A stretch of 64,000 nucleotides of DNA from Nitrososphaeria archaeon (GCA_049976505.1 JBMFIC010000005.1:3315-67314); one strand, 5' to 3'. Numbered from the stretch's first letter, positions 54,113 through 63,977 are shown. The notes: a model not told the origin generated them from the sequence alone. A program made the numbers and translations.

Positions 54113-55390
54113 ATGAGGTCATCAGCCGCCCTTCTGCTTGCCGTCATGTTCGCGCTTGGAGGCACAGCTGCGGCTCCGGCGATCGCGCAGCCGCAGCCCG
54201 TGTTCCAGGTATACGCTTACTGGGGCTCCCAGCAGCACCCGATCCTTGCATACCCCGGAGCATCGGGGCTGCCTCTCGTGCTTCAGATAATCTACCTTGG
54301 CCCCACGAGCATATACGGGGTCAACGTAACGTATTCTCCAGGCTACCCGCTTCAGGCAGTGAGGGGCGAGGGAAACATATCGGCGCTGATACCCGAGCTT
54401 CAGCCGGGGCAGCAGATAACCCTGTTTGGCTACTTCAGCGTGAGCCCCAACGCCACCGATGGGCTCTATGAGCAGAGCGTCAACGTGACCTACAGCCTTC
54501 CAGCGCAGGTGCCGGGCGTCGGTGAGGTCATGCTAAGGGGATCCGAGGTCGTGAGCTTTAGGGTGGCCGTGCTAGGGGCGCCCAGGATAAGCCTCAGCGG
54601 CTTCATCACGAGGCCTCCAGCTATATACGCGGGGGACACGGCCGGAGCGCTCACGGTGTTCCTCACCAACAGCGGCAACGTGACTGCCCAGGGCCTGAAC
54701 GTCTCAGCGGAGTTCTCCTGGCCCCTCAGCCCCCTGAGGGCCGGCTCATCATACTACATAGCTTACCTTCCTCCGGGAGATGTGATCAACCTCACGTTCC
54801 CGTTCTCAATCAGCTACCAGGCGGGAGTTCCACAGCCCTTCAACACCACTGTGCTGATAAGGGTCAGGTGCGGGGCAGGCACCAGCTCCTTCGCCGTGCC
54901 GGTTGAGGTAATGCCCGCCGCCTACTTCAACGTCAGCGCAGTTACGCCCCAGAGCCTATCCCCTGGATCGAGCGGCGTGCCTATCACCTTCACTGTAACG
55001 AACGTGGGCTCAGCAGAGGCCAAGTTCGCCTCAGCGACCATGCTCTTCAGCACCATTTTCACCCCATACGCCCCCTCGAGCGAGAACCCGCTGATAGCTG
55101 CAGAATCGGTCAACTACACGCTCGGCAGCGTAAGGCCAGGGGGCTCGGAGAACGTGACGTACGTAATCAGCGTGGCATCTGGCCTTAGGCCAGGGGTCTA
55201 CGAGATCCCGTTCCTCATAACGTGGTATCAGCCTCCAACGATGCAGCAGATGCACCAGGTGGTGTTCGTCAGGGTAAGCATAAGGCCTTCGGGGCTGTTC
55301 GACGGCTCCAGCGGCATCCTGTACGTCACCGCGGCAGCGGTCATAGCGGTGCTTCTGGCGATGGCTGCCATTGGGCTCAGAAGAAGGTGA
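54113..55390 (+). CDS. Secreted, C-terminally anchored S-layer-like/CARDB-like glycoprotein
   Basis: Signal peptide MRSSAALLLAVMFALGGTAAAPAIAQ. Repeated beta-rich modules with NxGxxxA motifs (LTNSGNVTAQ, VTNVGSAEAK). 11 N-x-S/T sequons. C-terminal TM plus RRR. Confidence 0.6.
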   Translation: MRSSAALLLAVMFALGGTAAAPAIAQPQPVFQVYAYWGSQQHPILAYPGASGLPLVLQIIYLGPTSIYGVNVTYSPGYPLQAVRGEGNISALIPELQPGQQITLFGYFSVSPNATDGLYEQSVNVTYSLPAQVPGVGEVMLRGSEVVSFRVAVLGAPRISLSGFITRPPAIYAGDTAGALTVFLTNSGNVTAQGLNVSAEFSWPLSPLRAGSSYYIAYLPPGDVINLTFPFSISYQAGVPQPFNTTVLIRVRCGAGTSSFAVPVEVMPAAYFNVSAVTPQSLSPGSSGVPITFTVTNVGSAEAKFASATMLFSTIFTPYAPSSENPLIAAESVNYTLGSVRPGGSENVTYVISVASGLRPGVYEIPFLITWYQPPTMQQMHQVVFVRVSIRPSGLFDGSSGILYVTAAAVIAVLLAMAAIGLRRR

Positions 55391-55391
55391 A

Positions 55392-56813
55392 ATGAGAAGA
55401 AGCCCATACCTGATCCTGGCGATCCTTGCAAGCGTAACCATGCTCACGATGTACGTTGAGGCGATGGTGATCCCATCGCTTCCGAAGATAGAGTCAGCTC
55501 TCTCTGCAACGAACGAGGAGGCTGCCTGGGTTGTATCCGCATACCTTGTGGTCGGGGCCGCGGTGGCCCCTCTCTTCGGGAAGCTTGGCGACGTCCACGG
55601 GAAGAAGCTCCTCTACATAGCGTCGCTCTCGCTCTACACCATCTCGGTTTTCCTTGCGGGCTTCTCGCCCAGCATATACTTCCTCATAGCTGTCAGGGCC
55701 GTGCAGGGGTTCGGTTTTTCGCTCTTCCCCCTCAGCCTGGCAATAATAACGGACGTCTTTCCCAAGAGGATGGTGGCAACGGCGCAGGGAATAATCAGCG
55801 CGATGGTGGCAATAGGCATGACAGTTGGCATGATAGCCGGGGCTTACATAGAGGAGTACCTGGGATGGAGGGCCATGTTCCACATAGGCTCAGCGCTTTC
55901 TGCCCTCCTCCTGATCCTTGCGTACTTCGTCCTTGAGAGGGACAGGCCTATCAGCCGCGAGAGGATAGACTACATGAGCACCCTCATACTCTCCCTTGGG
56001 ACCGCGCTCTTTCTAATCTACCTGACCGAGACGCCCTACAAGGGATGGACCTCGCCGCTTCAGCTGGCAGCTCTGACATCGGGGACGGCCCTCATGGCTG
56101 GCTACTTCCTGTACTCCATGCGCGCGTCAAACCCGCTGGTGCCCCTTGGCCTCCTGAGAAGGAGGAACGTCATGGTTGCGAACGTGGCAGGATTCCTCTC
56201 AGGGGTTGCCATGTTCTCGCTCTTTCTTGGGGTTATATACTATGCTGAGGAGCCACAGCCCTACGGCCTCGGCCTCAGCGTCATAGACGCTGCATTCACC
56301 CTCTTCCCCGCGACGCTGGCCATGATAGTCATAGCGCCGCTTGCCGGGTTTGCAACCAGCGGGCTCGGGCCAAAGCCAGTCCTCATATACGGGAGCGCCG
56401 TTGCCTCCGTGGGGTTCATCCTTTTCAGCCTGTTCAGGCTCACGCCTGCCCAGCTTGTACTAGACTCGTTCATAACAGGGATAGGCGTCGTGAGCGTGCT
56501 CATCCCTATAGTCAACATGATAGCGGTATCGATGCCTCCAGAGAACGTGGCCGTTGGGCTCGGGTTCAACACTATGGTCAGGTTCCTCGGGTCGTCCCTC
56601 GGGCCAGTACTCGCGGCCACCTACATGTCGGACTACAAGTACTACGTCGTTTACGCCCTCTCGCCGCTGATAACGGCACAGCTCGCAGGGCCGCCGGCCT
56701 TCAGCATGATATTCATGACTGGCCTCATCTTCTCCGTGCTCACCGGGCTTGTCTCGCTGTTCGCCATGAACTACAGGCCGAGGTCCATGGGGGCCGTCCA
56801 GGCCCCAGCATAG
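55392..56813 (+). CDS. MFS transporter (DHA2/EmrB-like, ~14 TM)
   Basis: GKLGDVHGKK, ..RAVQGFG.. MFS motifs. SD aaggtga before ATG 55392. Confidence 0.8.
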   Translation: MRRSPYLILAILASVTMLTMYVEAMVIPSLPKIESALSATNEEAAWVVSAYLVVGAAVAPLFGKLGDVHGKKLLYIASLSLYTISVFLAGFSPSIYFLIAVRAVQGFGFSLFPLSLAIITDVFPKRMVATAQGIISAMVAIGMTVGMIAGAYIEEYLGWRAMFHIGSALSALLLILAYFVLERDRPISRERIDYMSTLILSLGTALFLIYLTETPYKGWTSPLQLAALTSGTALMAGYFLYSMRASNPLVPLGLLRRRNVMVANVAGFLSGVAMFSLFLGVIYYAEEPQPYGLGLSVIDAAFTLFPATLAMIVIAPLAGFATSGLGPKPVLIYGSAVASVGFILFSLFRLTPAQLVLDSFITGIGVVSVLIPIVNMIAVSMPPENVAVGLGFNTMVRFLGSSLGPVLAATYMSDYKYYVVYALSPLITAQLAGPPAFSMIFMTGLIFSVLTGLVSLFAMNYRPRSMGAVQAPA

Positions 56814-56855
56814 CATAATAACGTTTATTATCGCTGCGCTGCTATAGTTGAGCAT

Positions 56856-58184
56856 ATGAACGTTATCGTGGTAGGTGGCGGCGCGGCTGGAATGAGCGCC
56901 GCCTCAAGGGTCAGGAAGCTTCTCCCAGACTCAAGCATCAAGGTCTTTGAGGAGTCCTCCTACGTATCCTACGCTCCCTGCGGGATACCTTACTACGTGG
57001 AGGGCCTTGTGGGCGACATAAACGCGCTAGTCACGTACACGCCGGAGTTCTTCAGGAAGGAGAGGAGGATAGACGTCTACGTTAGGACGAGGGTTACAAG
57101 GGTTGACAGGGGAGCTGCAGAGGTGACATACGTAGGGGATGGGGGAGAGAGGACGGAGAAGTACGACTACCTTATACTGGCAACCGGAGCCGCTTCGTTC
57201 GTGCCAAACAGCAAGTGGCTGGAGGTTAGCCACGTGTACGCGCCGAGGCACCTCGAGGACGGGGACAGGATCAGGGCTGACCTCAGCAGGATGGACGAGG
57301 TCGCCGTGATCGGGGGAGGCTACGTTGGGGTTGAGATGGCCGAGGCCCTCTCGAAGCAGAACAAGAAGGTCACCGTGCTGGAGATGAAGAGGATAATGCC
57401 AAACCTGGATCCGGACTACTCGGCGATGATAAGGGGGGAGATGGAGAGGAGGGGGATAAGGGTGATCGAGGGCTTCAGGGTCGTGGACCTGGAGAACAGC
57501 GGCGACAAGGTCAGGATAATAGGAGAGAAGGACCAGATGCTCTTCGACGCTGCGGTGGTTGGAATAGGGGTCAGGCCTAACACAGACCTCGCGAGACAGA
57601 TGGGGCTGAAGATAGGCGAGACCGGGGCGATATGGGTCGACGAGCACATGAGGACCAGCGATGAAAGGGTCTACGCCGCAGGCGACAACGTAGAGGTCAA
57701 CGACCTTGTCGTCAAGGGGAGGAAGAGATACGCTCCGTTTGCCCCAGAGGCCAACAAGGAGGGATACGTAGCGGGATCAAACGTGGGAGGGATGAAGCTT
57801 ACCTTCCCGGGAAGCGCAGGGGCCTCGATAACCAAGTTCTACGACCTTGAGATCGGCACCGTCGGGCTGACAGAGGAAGAGGCGAGGAAGCACGGCATCG
57901 ATCCATATCCGGTGAAGATAAAGCACAACGCGAGGGCGAGCTACTACCCCCCGCAGGACAGCATATTCATGAAAGTCGTCTTCGACAGGCAGAGAAAGGT
58001 ACCGGTTGGAGCGCAGATAGTCGGGAAGAACGTCTGGGGGAGGCTGGCCTACCTTTCGCTTGCGATAGAGAACCAGATAACGGTTGACCGCATGTTCTTC
58101 TCGGGCGTTCCGTACGCCCCTCCGTTCGCTCCTGTTTGGGATTCGCTGATAATAGCCTCGAGGATTTTCTATGAACATGTATGA
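56856..58184 (+). CDS. Pyridine nucleotide-disulfide oxidoreductase (NADH oxidase / CoA-disulfide reductase type)
   Basis: VIVVGGGAAGMSAA FAD motif, single redox Cys in SYAPCGIPYY, second Rossmann VIGGGYVGVE. Confidence 0.8.
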   Translation: MNVIVVGGGAAGMSAASRVRKLLPDSSIKVFEESSYVSYAPCGIPYYVEGLVGDINALVTYTPEFFRKERRIDVYVRTRVTRVDRGAAEVTYVGDGGERTEKYDYLILATGAASFVPNSKWLEVSHVYAPRHLEDGDRIRADLSRMDEVAVIGGGYVGVEMAEALSKQNKKVTVLEMKRIMPNLDPDYSAMIRGEMERRGIRVIEGFRVVDLENSGDKVRIIGEKDQMLFDAAVVGIGVRPNTDLARQMGLKIGETGAIWVDEHMRTSDERVYAAGDNVEVNDLVVKGRKRYAPFAPEANKEGYVAGSNVGGMKLTFPGSAGASITKFYDLEIGTVGLTEEEARKHGIDPYPVKIKHNARASYYPPQDSIFMKVVFDRQRKVPVGAQIVGKNVWGRLAYLSLAIENQITVDRMFFSGVPYAPPFAPVWDSLIIASRIFYEHV

Positions 58185-58728
58185 GCTCTCGGACATAAAG
58201 AAGCTCAGGAAGGCCCTCGGGCTCTCCCAGAGGGCCCTGGCAAAGCTCTCCGGGCTCAGCCAGTCCTACATAGCGAAGATAGAGAGGGGAACCATAGACC
58301 CTAGCTACAGCAAGGTCCAGAGGATATTCAGGGCGCTCGAAAGCGTCAGATCATCGGCAGTTAAGGCTGCGGGCGAGGTAATGACGACAGACCTCAAGTA
58401 CGTGAGGGTAGGGGACAGGGTTTCGCAGGCCATAAAGCTCATGCAGGAGCACTCAATCAGCCAGCTACCGGTGCTGAACGAGGAGGGGAGCGTAGTTGGC
58501 ATGGTGACAGAGTCATCGCTGATACAGAGGGTGCTGAAGGAGAGGGACATAAGGAAGGTCCAGGACGCCACCATAGAGAGCGTCATGGATCCGCCGTACC
58601 CCATAGTTGACGAGTCCACGCCGATAAACATAGTCATTTCAATACTCACCTTCTACAACGCCGTTCTCGTGTCAAGGAAGGGAAAAGTGATAGGTATAAT
58701 AACCCGTTCTGACATACTTAGAGCTTAA
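58171..58728 (+). CDS. HTH (XRE/Cro-type) + tandem CBS-domain regulator
   Basis: LRKALGLSQRALAKLSGLSQSYIAKIERG followed by a CBS pair (..ISQLPVLNEEGSVVGMVTE.. / ..NAVLVSRKGKVIGIITRSD). Confidence 0.8.
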   Translation: MNMYELSDIKKLRKALGLSQRALAKLSGLSQSYIAKIERGTIDPSYSKVQRIFRALESVRSSAVKAAGEVMTTDLKYVRVGDRVSQAIKLMQEHSISQLPVLNEEGSVVGMVTESSLIQRVLKERDIRKVQDATIESVMDPPYPIVDESTPINIVISILTFYNAVLVSRKGKVIGIITRSDILRA

Positions 58729-58729
58729 G

Positions 58730-59914
58730 ATGATCATACATGCCAAAAAGGCACCAGGCTATGAACCCTCAGCGGAATTTGTAGAGAGGAAGGGCAAGGG
58801 ACATCCAGACACCATATGCGACGGTGTTAGCGAGAAGCTGAGCGTCTCGCTCAGCAGGTACTACCTTGAGAGGACTGGCAGAATACTTCACCACAACGTT
58901 GACAAGGCCATCCTGGTCGGCGGACAGTCGAGGGCGTGGTTCGGAGGAGGGGAGGTCCTGGAGCCCATATACATAATGCTGGTTGGCAGGGCAACTGGAA
59001 GGATAGATAAGGACGAGCTCGTGCCTATAGGAAGGCTGGCGGTTGAGGCCGCGAAGTCCTACATAAGGGAGAACTTCAGGTACCTGGATCCGGACACCCA
59101 CATAATAGTGGACTACAGGATAAAGCAGGGGAGCGTGGACCTCGTCAAGAACTTCGAGGCTGGAAACGACATCCCGCTGGCCAACGACACGAGCTTCGGG
59201 GTTGGCTTCTACCCATACACGGAGACCGAGCAGCTGGTCCTGGAGGTTGAGAAGTACCTTAACTCGGAGAAGGGAAAGAGGGAGTTCCCGGAGACCGGCG
59301 AGGACGTGAAGGTCATGGCCGTGAGGAACGAGGACCAGATAAGGCTGACCATAGCGGTGGCGATGATATCCAAGCTGATAAAGAGCGAGAAGGAGTACGT
59401 CGAGGTAAAGAAAAGGCTCACTGACAGGCTGTACGAGATAGCCTCGGAAATAACGAAGAAGAAAGTTGAGCTGGTGATAAACGGGGCCGACAAGCCGGAG
59501 AAGGGCATATACTACCTTACCGTAACGGGAACGAGCGCTGAGAGCGGGGACGACGGGCAGGTCGGCAGGGGAAACAGGGCGAACGGGCTGATCACGCCCT
59601 TCAGGCCCATGAGCCTTGAGGCGACTGCTGGAAAGAACCCAGTAAGCCACACGGGCAAGCTCTATTCGATACTCGCGATGGACATAGCGAAGAAGCTTGT
59701 TGAGGAAAACAAGCACATAAAAAGCGCGAACGTCTACATGCTGAGCCAGATAGGGGCCCCGATAACGGAGCCCCAGGCAGTTTACGTCGAGGCGAACACG
59801 GACCTGAGCCAGGAAGCGCTCAGCAGCTATGCTGAGAGCGTTGCAAAGGAGCAGCTGCAGGAGGCCCCGAAGCTCTGGAGAAGGATCATAGAGGGCAGGG
59901 TATCTCTGTACTGA
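58730..59914 (+). CDS. metK: S-adenosylmethionine synthetase, archaeal type
   Basis: [17 protein letters not shown]..; 394 aa with the archaeal MAT layout. Confidence 0.88.
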   Translation: MIIHAKKAPGYEPSAEFVERKGKGHPDTICDGVSEKLSVSLSRYYLERTGRILHHNVDKAILVGGQSRAWFGGGEVLEPIYIMLVGRATGRIDKDELVPIGRLAVEAAKSYIRENFRYLDPDTHIIVDYRIKQGSVDLVKNFEAGNDIPLANDTSFGVGFYPYTETEQLVLEVEKYLNSEKGKREFPETGEDVKVMAVRNEDQIRLTIAVAMISKLIKSEKEYVEVKKRLTDRLYEIASEITKKKVELVINGADKPEKGIYYLTVTGTSAESGDDGQVGRGNRANGLITPFRPMSLEATAGKNPVSHTGKLYSILAMDIAKKLVEENKHIKSANVYMLSQIGAPITEPQAVYVEANTDLSQEALSSYAESVAKEQLQEAPKLWRRIIEGRVSLY

Positions 59915-59915
59915 A

Positions 59916-60608
59916 TTGAGGATATTTCTTGAGCTGCCGGAGATCTTTTACTCGAATTATTCCAAGGTTATCGAGTCTGTAAGGGGCTGGACGGAAGCAA
60001 TAGACGGCGTTTTCGTTCCAGACCTACCCCTGGGAAAGGCAACGCTGGACCTCTGCGCCTACTATGAGGAGCTCAGAGACGCTCTTCAGGGCGCCGAGAT
60101 CATACCTGTGCAGTCAGTGGGCCACAGGAGCATGGCTGCCAACAAGTCTAGGCTTCAGTGCCTCAGGCTCAAGGGAGCAAGGAGGGTCCTGCTGGTTCAG
60201 GGTCCCCAGAAGTGCACGAAGGTCAGCGAGATCCTTGGCTACGCGGTCTCAAGGTTCATGGTGGGCTCGGTGCTCAGCGAAAGAACCCTGGAGTCGAGGA
60301 TCAGGGCCGGGGTTGCGTTCTTCGTGACCCAGCTTTTTCCTGACGAGAGTTACCTATCGCTGGCGGAGGGCCTTGGGGGAAGGGAGCTGTACATCTCTGT
60401 GGCTGTCTCGGACAGGGCCGAGGACTACCTGAGGCTAAGGGAGATGGGGTTCAGAGTGCCGCCGGAGATCCTGCAGGGTGGTGACATCAGGGAGGGGCTC
60501 AGGTCCTACATAAGGAGGGTCGAGGGGATCGCAGGTCCCGCGCCAGGGATATACGCGGTTCCCCTCTCAAGATCGGCCGACATCGGGGCGTTTTTCGAAA
60601 ACCTGTGA
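59916..60608 (+). CDS. Short methylenetetrahydrofolate-reductase-like (MetF-like) protein
   Basis: 230 aa. By-eye parallels to MTHFR blocks (RIFLELPE ~ EffPP; RVLLVQGP ~ niLaLrGD; AFFVTQLFPDESY ~ fliTQlfFD; GFRVPPEIL). TTG start 1 nt after the metK stop. Confidence 0.45.
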   Translation: MRIFLELPEIFYSNYSKVIESVRGWTEAIDGVFVPDLPLGKATLDLCAYYEELRDALQGAEIIPVQSVGHRSMAANKSRLQCLRLKGARRVLLVQGPQKCTKVSEILGYAVSRFMVGSVLSERTLESRIRAGVAFFVTQLFPDESYLSLAEGLGGRELYISVAVSDRAEDYLRLREMGFRVPPEILQGGDIREGLRSYIRRVEGIAGPAPGIYAVPLSRSADIGAFFENL

Positions 60609-60674
60609 GATGTTGCATTTTTATTAATTTTTTTATAAAAAATTTGGAGAATTTCTTACGATTTACGTATTTTT

Positions 60675-60775
60675 GGATTTTATTGAAAAATAAGGCCAGA
60701 AAATTGAATAAACTTTATAATTAAAGGGGTTAAAATGCGCACATTTTTCATTAAATTCCGGATTTTAACGAAAGA
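60675..60775. repeat. Direct repeat GGATTTTAnnGAAAnA (2 copies, 85 bp apart) in AT-rich spacer
   Basis: GGATTTTATTGAAAAA (60675..60690) versus GGATTTTAACGAAAGA (60760..60775), 13/16 identical. AATTAATTT is also repeated at 60787..60795 and 60801..60809. Confidence 0.7.
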
Positions 60776-60820
60776 GTTTTCTTTGAAATTAATTTGTTAT
60801 AATTAATTTAAAACCTAAGA

Positions 60821-60830
60821 TTTATAAAAA
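60821..60830 (+). promoter_or_regulatory. TATA box of ilvBNC operon
   Basis: tttataaaaa begins 31 nt upstream of ATG 60852 (leaderless-type spacing). Confidence 0.45.
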
Positions 60831-60851
60831 CAGCTCCGTATATGTCTGCAA

Positions 60852-62528
60852 ATGGGCGAGTACTTAACAGGAGCTCAGGCCCTTGTGAGGGCCCTTGAGA
60901 GGGAGAACGTTGAGGTTATATTCGGGATACCCGGAGGGGCCACCCTGCCATTTTATGACGCTCTTAAGGACTCAAAGATAAGGCACATCCTGGCGAGGCA
61001 CGAGCAGTCGGCGGCGCACATGGCCGATGGATACGCGAGGGCGTCAGGTAGGGTCGGGGTATGCACAGCCACCTCGGGGCCAGGGGCAACGAACCTCCTG
61101 ACCGGGGTGGCCACCGCGTACCTCGACTCTTCGCCGGTTGTCGCGATAACCGGACAGGTCGCGAGGGCTTACATAGGGAAGGACGCTTTTCAGGAGATAG
61201 ACACGGTGGGCATCTACTCGCCCGTGGTCAAGTACGCATTTCAGCCGCTCTCGGCATCTGAGATACCTTACACCGTGAGGGCTGCCTTCTACCTCGCCAG
61301 CACCGGCAGGCAGGGCCCGGTCCTCATTGACCTTCCAAAGGACGTCCAGACCGAGTCGGCCGAGATGGAGTTCCCCCAGGAGGTCAGGATAAAGGGGTAC
61401 GAGCCGTACGTGAGGCCCAACCCGGAGAGCGTTAGGGAGGCAGCAAAGCTGATACTGCAGGCCCAGAAGCCCATATTCCTGCTCGGAGGAGGGGCCGTCA
61501 AGTCAAACGTTGGGCCGCAGGTCCTCGAGCTTGCCGAGATGCTGATGATACCCATAGCCACGACGCTCATGGGCAAGGGGGCTGTTCCTGAGAACCACTT
61601 CCTCGCAGTGGGGCCGATAGGCATGCACGGCACGTACCACGCAAACACGCTGATCATGGAGAGCGACCTGATAATAGGGGTAGGGGTCAGGTTCTCCGAC
61701 AGGACCACCATGGACGTCGGCGAGTTCTCGAAGGAGAGGCTGATACTTCACTTCGACATAGACCCCACCGAGGCAAGGAAGAACATACCGAACGAGTTCC
61801 CGATAATCGGAGACCTGAAGGAGTCGATGCTCATGCTCGTGCAGGAGATCAGGAAGATGATGCCCTACAAGAAGGACACGCCGTGGTACAGGAGGGTGAA
61901 GGAGCTCAAGGACTACTACGAGGACAGGGTGTTCGGGGAGAACGTAAGGAGCCCCTACATAATCAAGAAGATAAGGGAGTACCTCAGGCCTGAGGACATA
62001 GTAACGACCGAGGTCGGACAGGCCCAGGCCTGGGCAGAGCTCTTCTACAAGGCCCTCAGGCCAAGGACCTTCATAACCAGCGGAGGCCTTGGAACCATGG
62101 GCTTCGGGTTCCCGGCAGCCATAGGCGCAAAGGTAGCAAGGTTTGACAGCACGGTAGTGGACATAGCAGGCGACGGCAGCTTCCTGATGACGTCCAACAG
62201 CCTTGCGACGAGCGTGAAGGAGGGGATACCAGTGGTCGTGGTGATACTGAACAACTCGGCCCTTGGAATGATAGCCCAGTGGCAGAGGCTTGTGTACAAC
62301 AACAGGTACATAGCTGCCTGGCTGGGGGAGTCGCCGAGCTTCCCCGAGCTGGCCAAGGCCTACGGGGCAGAGGGCGTCAGGGTGAACGGCGTTGAGGACT
62401 TCGAGAAGCACTTCAAGGAGGCAATAAGGAGCGAGGTTACCTACGTGATAGACGTGCCCATATCTCCTGAGGAGAACGTGTTCCCGTTCGTGCCAGCTGG
62501 GAAGAGCCTGAAGGAGATGATAGTATGA
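60852..62528 (+). CDS. ilvB: Acetolactate synthase large subunit (ThDP-dependent)
   Basis: GAQALVRALERENVEVIFGIPGG.., ThDP motif GDGSFLM..NN. 558 aa. Confidence 0.92.
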   Translation: MGEYLTGAQALVRALERENVEVIFGIPGGATLPFYDALKDSKIRHILARHEQSAAHMADGYARASGRVGVCTATSGPGATNLLTGVATAYLDSSPVVAITGQVARAYIGKDAFQEIDTVGIYSPVVKYAFQPLSASEIPYTVRAAFYLASTGRQGPVLIDLPKDVQTESAEMEFPQEVRIKGYEPYVRPNPESVREAAKLILQAQKPIFLLGGGAVKSNVGPQVLELAEMLMIPIATTLMGKGAVPENHFLAVGPIGMHGTYHANTLIMESDLIIGVGVRFSDRTTMDVGEFSKERLILHFDIDPTEARKNIPNEFPIIGDLKESMLMLVQEIRKMMPYKKDTPWYRRVKELKDYYEDRVFGENVRSPYIIKKIREYLRPEDIVTTEVGQAQAWAELFYKALRPRTFITSGGLGTMGFGFPAAIGAKVARFDSTVVDIAGDGSFLMTSNSLATSVKEGIPVVVVILNNSALGMIAQWQRLVYNNRYIAAWLGESPSFPELAKAYGAEGVRVNGVEDFEKHFKEAIRSEVTYVIDVPISPEENVFPFVPAGKSLKEMIV

Positions 62529-63019
62529 GGAGGGAGAGGGTCTTCTTCATAACAGCGGCCAACAAGCCAGGAGTTCTCTTCAGGATAACGAACGTGTTCA
62601 GAAGGAGGAGCTTCAACATAGAGAGCGTGACGGTGGGGAAGACCCTTAGCCCCGACGAGGCCCAGATAATAATAACCATAAACGCCGACGACGAGGAGGC
62701 CGACAGCTTCGCGAGGATGGTAAGGAAGCTCATAGACGTGTACGAGGTGGTTGAGGCCCCCAGGGACGCCTGCTACGTTCAGGAGCTCGTCGTGGCCAAG
62801 GTCGCCGAGTGGAGCGAGGAGCTCGAGGCGATAGCAGCCAAGTACGGGGCGGAGGTCCTGAGGAACGGAATAATCATAGTCAAGTACGCCGGGGAGCCTT
62901 CGAAAGTAGAAGAGCTGGTAAGCGAGCTCTCGAGGTTCAGAATAACACATATATCAAGGACGGGAATTACCGCTGTGGTGAAAGAGGATGGTAAAGATAT
63001 ACTACGATTCGGACGCTGA
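62525..63019 (+). CDS. ilvN: Acetolactate synthase small (regulatory) subunit
   Basis: ACT domain start ([32 protein letters not shown]). ATGA overlap with ilvB. Confidence 0.88.
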   Translation: MRRERVFFITAANKPGVLFRITNVFRRRSFNIESVTVGKTLSPDEAQIIITINADDEEADSFARMVRKLIDVYEVVEAPRDACYVQELVVAKVAEWSEELEAIAAKYGAEVLRNGIIIVKYAGEPSKVEELVSELSRFRITHISRTGITAVVKEDGKDILRFGR

Positions 63020-63977
63020 CCTGAAGGCGCTCAGCGGAAGGACTGTAGCGGTGATCGGGTACGGGAGCCAGGGCAGGGCCCATGCCCTGAACCTGAGGGA
63101 CTCAGGGGTAAACGTGGTGGTAGGCGTAAGGGAGAACGGGAGGTCCTGGGAGGCTGCGAGGGCCGATGGCTTCAGGCCCAGGAGGATAGATGAAGCGGCC
63201 AGGGAGGGGGACCTGATAGCCCTCCTCATACCAGACACGGAGCACAGGGAGGTCTATGAAAGGCAGATAGCGCCAGCCCTCAGGGAGGGAAAGGCCCTTC
63301 TGTTCGCCCACGGCTACAGCATAAGGTACGGGCTGATCAGGCCACCCCAGTACGTTGACGTCGTAATGGTGGCGCCCAAGTCTCCGGGGCCAAAGCTCAG
63401 GGAGGCGTTCACCCAGGGCTTCGGGGTTCCCTCGCTGGTCGCGGTTCACCAGAACTACACTGGAAAAGCAAGGGAAACGGCGCTTGCCTACGCGAAGGGC
63501 CTCGGCTCAACGAGGGTTGGGGTCATAGAGACCACCTTTGCCGATGAAACAGAGGAGGACCTGTTCGGGGAGCAGGCGGTTCTCGTGGGAGGGCTCATGT
63601 ATCTGATAAAGAACGGCTTCGACGTCCTAGTTGAGAACGGATATCCACCGGAGCTGGCGTACTTCGAGGTCCTTCACGAGATGAAGCTCATAGTGGATCT
63701 CGTGTACAGCTCTGGCATAACGGGGATGCTGAGGGCAGTGAGCGACACTGCCAAGTACGGCGGAATAACCAGGGGCCCGGTGGTCATAGACGAAAGCGTC
63801 AAGGAGAGGATGAAGAGGCTCCTGGAGGACATAAGGAACGGGAGCTTTGCCCAGGAGTGGACCGGAAACCCAGAGGAGAGCAGGAGAAGGCTCCAGGAGC
63901 TCATGAAGGAAGTGGAGGGCTGGGAGATCGAGAGGGTTGGAAAGTTCATAAGGAGGATGGCCGGGCTGGAGAAATGA
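62988..63977 (+). CDS. ilvC: Ketol-acid reductoisomerase
   Basis: [21 protein letters not shown]..; GEQAVL and [10 protein letters not shown] blocks. Confidence 0.93.
   Translation: MVKIYYDSDADLKALSGRTVAVIGYGSQGRAHALNLRDSGVNVVVGVRENGRSWEAARADGFRPRRIDEAAREGDLIALLIPDTEHREVYERQIAPALREGKALLFAHGYSIRYGLIRPPQYVDVVMVAPKSPGPKLREAFTQGFGVPSLVAVHQNYTGKARETALAYAKGLGSTRVGVIETTFADETEEDLFGEQAVLVGGLMYLIKNGFDVLVENGYPPELAYFEVLHEMKLIVDLVYSSGITGMLRAVSDTAKYGGITRGPVVIDESVKERMKRLLEDIRNGSFAQEWTGNPEESRRRLQELMKEVEGWEIERVGKFIRRMAGLEK

Noticed and set aside
58769-59716. 315-aa minus-strand ORF.
   Set aside because: It is antisense to the archaeal SAM synthetase gene and has a Leu/Arg/Pro/Val-rich shadow-frame composition.
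60735-60806. 23-codon mini-ORF (MRTFFIKFRILTKEFSLKLICYN) upstream of ilvB as a possible attenuation leader peptide.
   Set aside because: It is not enriched in consecutive Ile/Leu/Val codons, there is no terminator/antiterminator structure, attenuation of this kind is not established in archaea, and the frame is expected by chance in AT-rich DNA.
60609-60851. Replication origin interpretation of the AT-rich spacer.
   Set aside because: There is no adjacent orc1/cdc6 gene and no inverted ORB-like repeats (the repeats are direct). The region is fully explained as an extended promoter/regulatory region. It is left as a low-probability alternative within the finding.
61503-62411. 302-aa minus-strand ORF. 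Comparable ORFs lie at 31489..32337, 29961..30731, 39745..40473, 28351..29028, 17445..18035 and 57027..57647.
   Set aside because: Each lies antisense within a confidently identified enzyme gene (ilvB, arcC, ahcY, PGI/PMI, hom, DUF763-like, Nox). They have the typical high-GC shadow-ORF composition.
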